A stretch of DNA of 63,268 nucleotides, the filler included, from Octopus bimaculoides (lineage: Eukaryota): the NCBI RefSeq assembly GCF_001194135.2. It is 5 parts of 4 records of this genome, joined end to end, with 100 filler letters (N's around TTAATTAATTAA, not from the genome) between each part and the next. Parts side by side here need not be neighbours in the genome. Positions count along the whole stretch, not along the records: positions 1 to 17,798 come from NC_068992.1; positions 17,899 to 35,520 come from NC_069008.1; 3 more parts are not named here. One strand, given 5' to 3'. Below, piece by piece: positions 14,405 through 26,495 of this stretch. Under the pieces are notes generated by a model. That model worked only from the letters and a program-made list of their open reading frames with translations. It had not been told where the DNA came from and ran no database searches. The translations under genes were made by a program, and so were the position numbers. Position 1 is the stretch's first letter, and every line of letters starts with the position of its first letter.

Positions 14405-14989
14405 TAAAGGTGGTGAGCTGGTAGAATCGTTAGCACAATGGACGAAATGCTTAGCGGCATTTCGCCCAAAACATATATATAGAGAGAGAAAGAGACGCAT
14501 ACAGACACATGTTTATGCATGGATCTATACATGTACATACATATATATGTATATGTAAGTGTACTTGGTGAAGGTATGTGAATTAGCGGTTAAAACGTTG
14601 GCCTTCGGAGCATGAAGTTGTGGTTTCAATTCCGGACGTTGAGTCCTTGATGAAGGCGCTTCATTTTTCGTTGCTGCAGTCGAACAACAGAATTCTGGTA
14701 CAGCGTTCATTCCCTTCATCCTCGATACCCCGCTGGGTCGAGAGGAGGCAGGCTGACAGGGTGTCTTTATCACTCGTAATACTATATACACCTAAAACAA
14801 TTAGCGAAGGCTTGATACTTAGTACCATGTCACAGTCGCTTACAAGTGACAACTGTAATATGTGTGGGTTTGTATCAACATCTGTGCCAAGTTGTATGTG
14901 TTCGTTCTTGTGTCTAAGTGTAATATTCAGTTTTTTTGGGGCAGGTATCAACACAAGTGTTTATGTTTGTTTATAAACGAAAACATTGA

Positions 14990-15290
14990 TCACAAACAAT
15001 GTTTTCCTCGGTGGCGATAGCTGCAGAACGTTCAGATCTTGGGTCATCCTAAAGACTCTCACTCCTGCTTCTAATTTCAGCTTCCCACTTTTGCACTGTT
15101 GATAAAGCTGGAGCGTCGTCCCCTAATGTAGCAGCTATGTCAGCATGAATGTCTAAGGAGCCGAAACCCTTTTTCTACAGGGACTTGATAACACCACGAT
15201 GCCAATTTTTTGTCTATTTTCAAGACAAGCCGCTACTAGTTACATTTGATGTCTTCTTTCAACAGTCAGACGTCAGTTTACCTGGGAAAA
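14990..15290 (-). mobile_element. mariner transposase N-terminal relic
   Basis: WHRGVIK...DIHADIAATLGDDAPALSTVQKW...DDPRSER...TEENI. Confidence 0.8.
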
Positions 15291-16199
15291 AACAATGCAA
15301 TTATTAATAAGGAGAACTGAAATTAATGCATACAAGATTTCACAGCTCTACCAACACTTCTTCATAGTCAGCCTATGATCTTTTCAGCCCAACCTCGTAT
15401 GCGCATTTGGACATCTGTGTATGATTACACGTTTACACATATTTCTGCCTCTCCGTGTTTATGCAACCATATTTAATACATGTCGTTACCCTTTCTAAAT
15501 AAATCAAATTTCATCACTTCGCATAGCAATTTATTTGGTGTCTACAGCCAAACTTTATCGCATTTATGATCATCGAATTTTTTTCTGCAAGATTATTGTC
15601 TCCAAACGGTCAGGCATAGAATTTCTTTAATTTCGCGTTTCTATGTTATCTTCGGAAACCCACAAATATATATCCATCAGAAACATTTACCAAGCTTATC
15701 TCAAATTACAATTATAATTTCACATTTTCAGCACTTTCAATATGTCTTTCATCACTTAAATCTCAGTAATTCATTTCTTTGCATCCACCGACTCTTTCTT
15801 TCCCGAGAACTCTTTATTCCTATTCTCCTTCACTCGTTCTAGCATATCTGATCCTACGAATTTCCATTAGCTATTTTATGATACGCTTCTTTTTATATTG
15901 TATAGTTGATGGACATAGTTTTACCCATCACCAAACTTGTATTTCATTTATTTATCACAACTCAGTCACTGATATAACACGCGCAATTTCTGCCTTCTAA
16001 ATTCATTCATAACATGTTTTTGATCTCAAACTAATGTAAAAGACACTTTCCAATGGTGTCACTTATTGGGACTGAACCCGAAACCAAGTGGTTGCTATAC
16101 AAACTTCTTAACCACACAGCCATTCCTGCACCTATAAATATTGATTAATTAGAAGTTTGTGCCAATGCGTTTTGTGAAGCATATTTATTTCCAATATTC

Positions 16200-16700
16200 A
16201 GGTTAATAGGCTCTATTATTCACGAAGTGGATGAACTGAAGCAAGTTTGGAATGGAAACTAGAAAATCGTTCAAGACACGCGCGAGGTTTCTCGCTGTAA
16301 AAGAAATATCTGCCAGTTGCAGTCGGACAGTGATTTTCTTTACAGATATATCGATCAGAAAACATCTATTACGTTACATGAACTATACTTCTAAATCGTC
16401 AAAAAGGGTGGACGATGTTTTTGTGTCACTCATTAAGACTTTTGCCAGTCACTCGACGACTATGTATTTAATGTTATATAGGGCCATGCTATCCCCATAC
16501 TTCTGTTTTAGCATCTCCAGTCTGGAATGCCGTCTTGTCTTTAATATTGTTCTACTGGAAGCTGTCCAGAGACGTGTAAACCAGACGAATATCCTCCATC
16601 CATCACCATATCTTGAACGTCTTGCTTCTAGAGAGTATTGATGCATCAAGCTTCGATTTCTAGCAGCTAACTTAGTTAAAAACCTACAAGGTTATCCACC
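16200..16700 (+). mobile_element. CR1/L2-like LINE RT C-terminal relic
   Basis: LMLYRAM.SP, (S)PVWN, IVLLEAVQRR and YLERLASLE across frameshifts. Confidence 0.55.
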
Positions 16701-16822
16701 ATCTTTCCAACTGCAACTTTGGCTACCATATGCAATATATACTGTATGCAATAAATGTATTATCATCTTCGTCGTTGTCATCGTTGTCATCACCACCATC
16801 ATCATCAACATCATCATCGCCC

Positions 16823-16872
<50 letters not shown>

Positions 16873-17222
16873 TTTGCACAGATTGTAACGCGGGATCTTT
16901 GTGGTTTTCGTCACTGCTTACAATTATCTTTCAAAAAACTTCTTAATGTATCATACAGATGTAATTTTTGACGGACTGTATGTATGTGTAATGTATGTAC
17001 GTATGTATTTATGTGTCTGTGTGTGTCCCCCACCATCTCTTGACAACCAATGTTGATGTATTTATGTCCCCGTAACTTAGCGGTTCGGCAAAGAGACCAA
17101 TAGAATAAGTACTAGGCTTACAAAGAATAAGTCCTGGGTTCGATCTGTTCGACTAAAGGCGGTGCTCCAGCATGGCTGCAGTCAAATGACTAAAACAAGT
17201 AAAAGAATAGAATATATATTAT

Positions 17223-17265
<43 letters not shown>

Positions 17266-17444
17266 ACTTGTGTCTGTCGCTACACAGCTTACAAACCGCT
17301 GTTGGTTTGTTTGCATTCACGTCACTTAGCGACTCGGCAGAAGCAAACAATAGAATGAGTACGAGACTTGAAAAGAAGCAAATACAGGTGGTGCCTTAGC
17401 ATGGCCACATTTTAATGGCTGAAACAAATAATAGAGTAAAACGC

Positions 17445-17798
17445 TGTTGTTGTTGGCACTCCGTCGGTTACGACGACGAGGGTCCCAGATGATACGATCA
17501 ACGGAACAGCCTGCTCGTGAAATTAACGTGCAAGTGGCTGAGCACTCCACAGACACGTGTACCCTTAACGTAGTTCTCGGGGATATTCAGCGTGACACAG
17601 AGTGTGACAAGGCTGACCCTTTGAATTACAGGCACAATAGAAGCAGGAAGTAAGAGTGAGAGAAAGTTGTGGTGAAAGAGTACAGCAGGGTTCACAACCA
17701 TCTCCTGCCGGAGCCTCGTGGAGCTTTAGGTGTTTTTGCTCAATAAACACTCACAACGCCCGGTCTGGGAATCGAAACCGGGATCCTATGACCGCGAT
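17445..17798 (-). mobile_element. tRNA-derived SINE family C, cut by the scaffold spacer
   Basis: GGGAATCGAAACC (reverse-complement B box); body homologous to 44005-44285. Confidence 0.75.
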
Positions 17799-17898
17799 NN
17801 NNNNNNNNNNNNNNNNNNNNNNNNNNNNNNNNNNNNNNNNNNTTAATTAATTAANNNNNNNNNNNNNNNNNNNNNNNNNNNNNNNNNNNNNNNNNNNN
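17799..17898. other. Synthetic scaffold-join spacer
   Basis: Exactly 44 N + TTAATTAATTAA + 44 N = 100 bp; the core has stops in all six frames. Confidence 0.9.
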
Positions 17899-18091
17899 GG
17901 CAGCAATTTTAGCACAGGTTTTCAAGCGCTTAGCTTTTTCTGCAGGTGTTTCTAGTTCGTCGAATTCTTGAATTTGTTGCAATTGGAATTCACTTAGATA
18001 GTCCTTTGCCTGTTTTGTTACTGAGTAAGATGCTTTCTTGCTTTCATATTTTAAGACAAGTTTTAGCATCCAGTCCTCAGAGTTTTTCAGA
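17899..18091 (-). mobile_element. R4/Dong-like fragment, 5' end fused to (TAA)n
   Basis: Open KNSEDWMLKLVLKYESKKASYSVTKQAKDYL...KAKRLK (region between RT and the endonuclease domain); starts immediately at the (AAT)n tract 18092-18150. Confidence 0.55.
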
Positions 18092-18143
<52 letters not shown>

Positions 18144-18415
18144 ATTATTATTTTTTTTTTGGTATCATCATCATTATTATTGGTATCGAGTAGCTACAAT
18201 CTTTAGCACACCAGGCAAAACATTTAGCAACATTTCATCAAGCACTGGGGGTTGGGCGTCAATGAAATCAACTAATTTACAACAAATATTTCATGCCTTC
18301 TGCCTTGAGTAGAATGGATCATCATCATCATCATCATCGTCGTCGTCGTCGTCGTCATCATCATCATCATCATTAACATTACTTACAATGTTATTTTTTT
18401 CTCCTCCAACTTCAG

Positions 18416-18568
18416 ACTGATGTTGTAGGCAAGTGTTCAACTGCGTACAAAGTGGAGAACAACTACATGAGTACTAGGACCATCCATAAGAGCAAAGACC
18501 TCCTCACTTGCAGTCACCGAGAGTACTACCGCATTGCCATGCATTCAGTCAAATACAATGTCCACTCT
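18416..18568 (+). CDS. Exon of apolipophorin/apoB/vitellogenin-family large lipid transfer protein (Vitellogenin_N beta-barrel region)
   Basis: ttcag|ACT...TCT|gtgagt; 153 nt, phase 0-0; TDVVGKCSTAYKVENNYMSTRTIHKSKDLLTCSHREYYRIAMHSVKYNVHS matches the LLTP (E)TDVxGxC...KSKDLxxC pattern. Missed by the ORF track. Confidence 0.9.
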
Positions 18569-18592
18569 GTGAGTATTTATTAACTGTTGTTG

Positions 18593-18671
<79 letters not shown>

Positions 18672-19508
18672 CATACACATACATATGTTGATATGTTAAT
18701 GATATGCTAATATAAATGTGCTAATGATATGTGCAAATGTGCAAATGTGCAATTTAGATTCATATCGTATTATTGATGAAATGTTCCCATCAGAAATGTG
18801 TCACGGTCACAGGATTAGCTAATGAGAATCTAGTGATGTATTAATGACACTTTTATGGGAAATTAATGATATACCTATGACATCTTTTATATCCTCAAAA
18901 TGTTCCCATGTGTAATTTGTTATGGTCCCATGATTTCTGAATGATAATGATAATACGCTAACAACATACTAATGAAATGCTTTGTATCCCTGAAATTATG
19001 TTAGCAGTAATCCGTCATAGTCTTAAGGTAAGCGATTGAGATGCAGATAATATGACAATATGTTAATGTTAATGAATGCTAATGAGTTGTTAATATATTA
19101 ATGACATGTTAATGGAATTTTAACTATATGCCAATGATATGCTGATGTTATCTTAATGACATGCTAATGATATGTTAATGCTATGTTAATATGTTACTTG
19201 TATGTTAATGAGATGCTAATGATGTTAATGAAAAAATGATAAGCTAATTACATATTTCCTAATCCCAGAATGTCCTCATCAGAAATTTGTCACAGTCACA
19301 TTTGTTAAGGTCAATGTTATGTTAATGGTATGTTAATGGTATGTTAATAAGATGTTAAGTTGTTGCGCGTGATACATTTATAGCATGTTAATATGCTAAT
19401 GACATGTGCGTTACTATCAATGGAGCATTTCTATAACGGATTTACTAATGTCACATGTTTAACACCTCAGGGACTTAATTAATTAACTCAATTCACTTTT
19501 AATTACAG

Positions 19509-19710
19509 AAGGTACAATCCATGCCTCTAATGAAGAGCTACCACAATTGCGTCCAGACACTGGACACGTCCAGCAATATTCTGACCAGCAGCGAATGTAC
19601 TGAAGAAAACATATTCAGGCCGTTCTCGAATGGCAAGAGTGGTGCCATGACAGAGCAGACGCAGAAGTTGACTTTCAGACAGAAGAGTTCGTCAAATCAT
19701 CGACAGACAG
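19509..19710 (+). CDS. LLTP gene exon
   Basis: ttacag|AAG...ACAG|gtgagg; 202 nt, phase 0-1; KVQSMPLMKSYHNCVQTLDTSSNILTSSECTEENIFRPFSNGKSGAMTEQTQKLTF contains the apolipophorin-type C-x-E-x3-FRPFSNGxSGA motif. Confidence 0.9.
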
Positions 19711-19777
19711 GTGAGGCTTCCTGGGAGCAATCAGAAAATTTGTGATGATTCGCACATTCACCAGTATACTAGAAGTG

Positions 19778-19815
<38 letters not shown>

Positions 19816-20582
19816 TTTTGTTGTTGTTGTTGTTGTTGTAGTAACTTTATGAGCTAACAAAATAGGTAGCTGGGTACGATTCCCCACAAATTTTACATTT
19901 AAACTCTTTAGCATTATTTATTTGTTTATTCATATTATTATTTATTTATTCACATTCTTTGAAATTAATAATGCATTATTTCACAATTTTGGCATTTCGA
20001 TGACGTAATCGTTTCTTTTTAAGCGATAGTGTAGGGTAGGTGTGAAAGACCAAATCTGAGCAGTTTGAAGATAAAACAGGTAGAATTTTGGGGATGGCAG
20101 GGCATGTTTGAACGCTAATAGCTTAAATTTCACATTTTATATTTCCAGTTCTGCATTTCATAATTCATGTTTCCCATTTCATTTTTTATATTTCACGTTT
20201 TGCATTTTCTTCCATATCTTACATGCTATATTTCACATATTTCACATTTCACAGGTCACATTTCTCATTTCATATTTCACATTCCACATTTCATATCTCA
20301 CACCTCACATTTAAAATTTTATGTCTCACATTTCTCGTTTCACATTCCACAATTTTACATCTTTCATTTCATAGTTTGATTTTTCACATTTTATATCATA
20401 CATTTCACACCAGCTTTGCATATTCAGTCAACGACAGTAAAATATTGAGGTCAGTTAATCTCAACTGCATTTCTCTTTCAAAATTTGTATAGCCCTTTAT
20501 CAATAATAGGGACCACAATAATAATAGTCTGAATTGCACTAAGTTTGACTTTTCTTTCACACTTCCAGCTTCAGTTGCATAA

Positions 20583-20720
20583 ACCAGAGGTCCCCAACCA
20601 CTGGACTATGAATCATATGGTACTGGGACACACACAAAGAATAAATTTTGAAATTCTTTTCCTATTTTATCGACTATTGCAGTCTAAAGGGTGCTTTTGC
20701 ATTATATACATCACATATAT
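20583..20720. mobile_element. Possible hAT-type non-autonomous element end
   Basis: CAGAGGTCCCCAACC resembles hAT/Charlie TIRs; the partner end is not found. Confidence 0.35.
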
Positions 20721-20744
20721 GTATTATAAAAAAAATTAAGGATC

Positions 20745-21030
20745 CCCTTCAGTCATGAATAACTATGGACCTACATTTAGAAATTTCCCCTCCGAGGCAC
20801 AAGTCCGGGCAAGTTTGTTTATGGAAGACCACCAGTCGCCCATAAATACCCGCCTCCTTTCTCCATACCGCCGATGTTATCCCAGAGAAAGACAAATCTT
20901 GAAACCATTGACTTCGCAACTCATTTCTACAGCTGAAAAGTGAAATAAAGTGCCTTGCTCACGACAAGAGCACTATACAGAGCCCGGCCCGGGAATCGAA
21001 CTCACTACCTCGTGATTGTGAACCCCACAC
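20745..21030 (-). mobile_element. tRNA-derived SINE-like element (family D)
   Basis: CCGGGAATCGAACTC reverse-complement B box at about 20990; non-coding body. Confidence 0.55.
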
Positions 21031-21134
21031 TTCAATATATATATATATATATATACGAGAACGATAATATTTCCCAAAATAATATTGTTGTGTGGCCACA
21101 AGCATATGCCGTACAGGCAAATTAATAATAATAC

Positions 21135-21202
<68 letters not shown>

Positions 21203-21989
21203 NNNNNNNNNNNNNNNNNNNNNNNNNNNNNNNNNNNNNNNNNNNNNNNNNNNNNNNNNNNNNNNNNNNNNNNNNNNNNNNNNNNNNNNNNNNNNNNNNN
21301 NNNNNNNNNNNNNNNNNNNNNNNNNNNNNNNNNNNNNNNNNNNNNNNNNNNNNNNNNNNNNNNNNNNNNNNNNNNNNNNNNNNNNNNNNNNNNNNNNNNN
21401 NNNNNNNNNNNNNNNNNNNNNNNNNNNNNNNNNNNNNNNNNNNNNNNNNNNNNNNNNNNNNNNNNNNNNNNNNNNNNNNNNNNNNNNNNNNNNNNNNNNN
21501 NNNNNNNNNNNNNNNNNNNNNNNNNNNNNNNNNNNNNNNNNNNNNNNNNNNNNNNNNNNNNNNNNNNNNNNNNNNNNNNNNNNNNNNNNNNNNNNNNNNN
21601 NNNNNNNNNNNNNNNNNNNNNNNNNNNNNNNNNNNNNNNNNNNNNNNNNNNNNNNNNNNNNNNNNNNNNNNNNNNNNNNNNNNNNNNNNNNNNNNNNNNN
21701 NNNNNNNNNNNNNNNNNNNNNNNNNNNNNNNNNNNNNNNNNNNNNNNNNNNNNNNNNNNNNNNNNNNNAGAGAGAGAGGAAAAATCCAGGGGAATAATTA
21801 CAAGGTAGCTAAATGTTGCTAAGGTGTCCCAGGATTTATTTCCGGGATAGTAAATCGTATTTAATAGAAAATAGGAAGATCGAATAAGGAGACGAACATT
21901 CGAGATGTTATTAAACCAAATATCTTGAAGTTGTCTACATATGTTTCGACGGGTGCGCTCCAAAATGTCCGACATGATAAATTACGGTC

Positions 21990-22185
21990 AGCAATGATTC
22001 AATCTCATCAGACAAAATGCTTTGCTATATTTCGTCCATCTCCACGTCCTGAGTTCAAATTCTGCCAAGATTGGTTTTACGTTTCATCCTTTCGAGGTTG
22101 TTAAAACAAGTACCAGTCAAGTACTGGAGTCGATGTAATCGACTTCCTTCTTCCTTCAAAAACTACTGGCTCTGTTCCAAAATTT
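21990..22185 (+). mobile_element. SINE family B (intronic)
   Basis: GTTTCATCCTTTCGAGGTTGTTAAAACAAGTACCAG central domain. Confidence 0.7.
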
Positions 22186-22446
22186 GAAACTGTTACACGT
22201 GTATTTCATATGTATTGTATATGTAGTAATTCAATTGTGTATGATGCATTTTATTCTGTTTTGTTATGTATGTGATTCTTTGGTCTGTAGGAAAATTGTC
22301 TTGCATGAAAGCACGGTGCAAAACAGGTTTGGGACTACTGCCATTGACCATACAACTCCCCATCTTCTGAATTACCAAGCATCTAAAAATTACTCCTTGA
22401 TGCTAGTTCGTTATTATAAATGTCTTTAAATTGGTTTTCATTTCAG

Positions 22447-22702
22447 AGCGCTTCAGCCACAGAAGTGATTTACTGTTCGACCACAAAAAGAAAATGCATT
22501 CAGACCAATTCTCCACACAGGAGATTCTGAGTGTCTTTGAGGAACTCTGCGACAAAATGAGTGAAGACATAAGGCCCGAACTGCCGAAAATGCTCAACAA
22601 CTTGATCGACCTCATGAAAAGTGTTGATTATGCGACTCTTCGCAAAATTTACAGTGGCATTTCAAAAGAAAGTTTCTGTCGGAAAAATTCAGACCGCACC
22701 AA
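22447..22702 (+). CDS. LLTP gene exon (start of alpha-helical domain)
   Basis: tttcag|AG...AA|gttagt; 256 nt, phase 1-2, frame-compatible with both neighbours; RFSHRSDLLFDH...ELCDKMSEDIRPELPKMLNNLIDLMKSVDYATLRKIY. Confidence 0.88.
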
Positions 22703-23450
22703 GTTAGTATTTTCTTTATTTATGTTCAAGGGTACCAAAATGTTCTGTCGTATATTTAAGCAATTAGTCTGAGAGTATAGGATACAAGTCAAAGTATTGG
22801 GGAGTTATCCTAGAGGCTAAGTAAGCCTTGACCTATAGTGCAAGATCATCTCAACTAGATTGGGAAAGGGTATGAAATACAACATTACTTTTTGGTATCC
22901 CTAATATTTTGTGACTACAATGAGTGTGAGGTTGACCTAATGGTTAGGGTGATGGGATCAAGATCATAAGGTTGCAGGTTCAATTCTTTGATCAGGTGAG
23001 TCATTGCCCCTTTTTCTGCTTTGTTTTTGTGCTGCCGGGATGGTCACTTGACATGGTCTAAGCTACTTCTGTAAGATCAGTAGTATTGATGTTGTTTAGC
23101 CCCTGGTCAGACCTGATCCAGGAGACCTATAATCCAATGTGTTCTAGACCGTCTCATCTTTTATTCGGACAGTGTAGCTAGGACTACATTATCAAATATG
23201 TTCTTCATTATTGTTGTTGCTGTTTAACTTCAGTTAAGTCCCAATCTCAGCATACCTATGATTAAAGATGTTCTAACCATGACCGTCCAGTCTATTCAAA
23301 CATAGTGCACCAAAGACTACATTGTTCGATATATCCTTCATTGTTTTAAGATGATGTGAAATTTGGCAGTTATTTCTAGCAATTCTGAACCACCACATCG
23401 ACATCCACGCATTGTGTCATCATTCGGTACGATTATTACCTCTGTTGCAG

Positions 23451-23616
23451 GAGATATTTCCGTGACTCTCTACCAATGTTAGGAAACGTGGCATCCGTGA
23501 AGATGTTCCAATATCTGACTTCAATAAATCAATTCGAAGATGAAGACATGGTTATGTTTCTAGCAGTCCTTTCGGTCACCCAGAACCCATCGAAGGAAAT
23601 GGTCCAAGCAGTCACC
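23451..23616 (+). CDS. LLTP gene exon
   Basis: ttgcag|G AGA...ACC|gtaagt; 166 nt, phase 2-0; RYFRDSLPMLGNVASVKMFQYL...NPSKEMVQAVT. Confidence 0.88.
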
Positions 23617-24129
23617 GTAAGTATTTCATCACTGTCATCATCGTCATCGTCATTTAACATCTGTTTTCCATGCTGGCATGGGTTGGACGGTTTTACAGGA
23701 CCCTGTCAAGCTCCAGGTGTCTACTTTGGCATGATTTCTACAGCTGGATGCCATTTCATAACTCTACCCAATTCACAGAATGTTCTGGGTGATTTTTTTG
23801 TGACACCAACATTATGACTTCATGATGATATTAATCGCAATAGCTTGATATTTTGAAAGAAATTAATCCTTTGAAATTAAAAAGAAATTTATTGAAATTC
23901 TAAACATTCATTGCAATATTTCAGCGCACATTTGCAACACAGGTGTTTTCATAAACTCCAGAAATTTCTGTGGTTCTGTTTCGGAATTTTGTTTTCACAT
24001 ATGTACGTCTGACTTTATTTCTAGAGGTGGAAGTTTCTTCAACAGGGCGTTTAACAGTATATAAACGACCGTGAGGTGAATTTCCACAAAGTTCTTTAGC
24101 AACGTTTTTAATATATTTCCTTCAACTAA

Positions 24130-24520
24130 CAGCTGAGCTGCAAACACTTGTGTATATTACTCAGCTGTTTATAAGAGCAACATCCAAAATATCATTAACA
24201 AAACGTGCATTGGCCATCGTCTACTGCTTGTTTTGGTCAAGCACGCCTACGTTATAAAAATATATGGTGTCAGGCTTCTTCTTGGGTTTATTTTCAGAAA
24301 GAGCTTCTACATGTTGATGTAACGGACTTTGTTTTTTTTTTCCACTGTTACGGTGTGTGACAGTCGGCTTCTCTTTGGATTTTAAAACCACAGTTTCGGG
24401 GACTGGTTTCTCCAGTTTTACTGCTTCTGGTAATTCCCTTCGGTTCTGACGAATTGTTCCGACTGAACTGCAATTTTGTTTTGTTAGCTGTAAAACTATG
24501 CAGTTACTTAATATCTAAAA
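24130..24520 (-). mobile_element. piggyBac transposase relic (intronic)
   Basis: VGTIRQNRRELP; KKKPDTIYFYN..VLDQ; SRRWPMHV; DILDVALINS. Confidence 0.8.
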
Positions 24521-24890
24521 CGTCACATGTATTTATAAAGAAAAGTAGATGTAAGTTTCAAAAGTGACCAATACTTCAATTGGCACGTGCGGTCCTTATA
24601 GGTGTTAAGTGGTTTATTTATTCATTCATTTATTTACAGTTGGTGCAAACAACCTCTACTCTATAGTGTATACAGATATGAAAAGTCAAGCACCATGATA
24701 TCAAAATCTACAATAGTTTTTGAATTGTGTGCAATTAAGATTTCAAAATCCGTTGATTGATGCGCTCTATCCTTCTAGTGTTAAAAGTTTTCACCTAGCT
24801 TTTTACATCTCACATTTCATAATATTAATGTATTTTCTATACTTCACATTTCACAGTATTCATGTATTATCTACGATTCGTATTTCGCAG

Positions 24891-25138
24891 CCCCTCTTGG
24901 ATAACAAGAATATCTCTCACACCGTCATGCTGTCCGTTTCATCTATGGCTGCTAGCTATTGTAACAAGAATCCAAAATGCGATGAAGATTTCGAAATTGA
25001 TGCTCTTATCCAGAAATACATGTCATTTGTTGGCAATTGTGACAAAGCTGCTAATCCGAATGTAATCCAGGCTCTTCGGTCTCTTGGTAATATTGGTTAT
25101 TCAAGTAAGGCTGAACGCACTTTATCCCAATGTGTGAC
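24891..25138 (+). CDS. LLTP exon, tandem copy 1 (3' end lost in N-gap 25139-25378)
   Basis: tttcgcag|CCC; open frame PLLDNKNISHTVMLSVSSMAASYC...LRSLGNIG...SQCV up to the gap; 7 nt differences from copy 2 over 248 nt. Confidence 0.7.
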
Positions 25139-25449
25139 NNNNNNNNNNNNNNNNNNNNNNNNNNNNNNNNNNNNNNNNNNNNNNNNNNNNNNNNNNNNNN
25201 NNNNNNNNNNNNNNNNNNNNNNNNNNNNNNNNNNNNNNNNNNNNNNNNNNNNNNNNNNNNNNNNNNNNNNNNNNNNNNNNNNNNNNNNNNNNNNNNNNNN
25301 NNNNNNNNNNNNNNNNNNNNNNNNNNNNNNNNNNNNNNNNNNNNNNNNNNNNNNNNNNNNNNNNNNNNNNNNNNNNNNTTGTCTGAAGGTCTAAGGGAAA
25401 TATTACCTTATTTAGAAATATGTGAGTGCTCAAGATGGCAGGTACTTCT

Positions 25450-26060
25450 AACATTCCATATTTTGCAATATTCATTTTTTTTTTCATATTTCATATATAA
25501 AGACTATTCATATATATTTTACAATTCATATTTTCTAATATATATTTCACAGTATTCGTATATTTTCACATTACACAGTACTCGTATATTTTTACATTTC
25601 ATATATAAAGAGTATTTATATATTTTCTACTCTTTTTATTTTATAGTATTCATGTATTTTTCACCTTCCACAGTATTGGTATATTTTCTCTTTTATATTT
25701 CACATTACTGATGTATTTTTTTATTTCACGTTCCACAGTATTGGTATACTTTCTACAGTTTATATTTTACATTACTGGTGTATTTTTTTATTTCACGTCT
25801 CACAGTATTTACCTACTTTTCATATCTCACAGTATTCACGTATTTTTTACGTGATACAGTATTCACCTAGCTTTTACATTTCATATTTCACAACATGAAA
25901 GTATTATTTACTTTTCACATCTCAAAGTATGCATGTACTTTCTACATTTCACATTTAATAGTATTCACTTAGCTTTTTACATCTCACCTTTCATAATGTT
26001 AATGTATTTTCTATGCTTCATATTTCACAGCATTCATGTATTGTCTACGATTCGTATTTC
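25450..26060. repeat. Degenerate TTTCACA/TATT low-complexity array
   Basis: Recurrent ttttacatttcacagtatt units; a similar array lies at 20130-20420. Confidence 0.8.
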
Positions 26061-26064
26061 GCAG

Positions 26065-26385
26065 CCCCTCTTGGATAACAAAAAAATCGCTCACAAAGTC
26101 ATGCTGTCCGTTTCATCTATGGCTGCTAGCTATTGTAACAAGAATCCAAAATGCGATGAAGATTTCGAAATTGATGCTCTTATCCAGAAATACATGTCAT
26201 TTGTTGGCAATTGTGACAAAGCTGCTAATCCGCATGTAATCCAGGCTCTTCGGTCTCTTGGCAATATTGGTTATTCAAGTAAGGCTGAACGCACTTTATC
26301 CCAATGTGTGACAACAACCAGCTTTCCAATGGAGGTTAGAGTGTCAGCCATCGATGCCTTCCGTCGTATACCTTGTGATGCAAGG
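26065..26385 (+). CDS. LLTP exon, tandem copy 2 (complete)
   Basis: tttcgcag|CCC...AGG|gtgagt; 321 nt, phase 0-0; contains the LLTP helical-domain motifs LRSLGNIG and VRVSAIDAFRRIPC. Confidence 0.92.
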
Positions 26386-26495
26386 GTGAGTCTAACAACA
26401 CAATTTCTTAAAAATTAATTTTATTATTTGCTTTTGGGTTTGGTGTTTATACATGTACGTATGGCAGCAACTGCCCCAACAACAAAATCAAAACA

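Noticed and set aside
13730-14500. Poly-Leu, poly-Ile, poly-Asn and poly-Tyr ORFs
   Set aside because: Reading frames of (TTA)n arrays.
17843-17854. TTAATTAATTAA palindrome (PacI-like) recurring four times
   Set aside because: Always centred in exactly 100 bp of N; a synthetic linker rather than biology.
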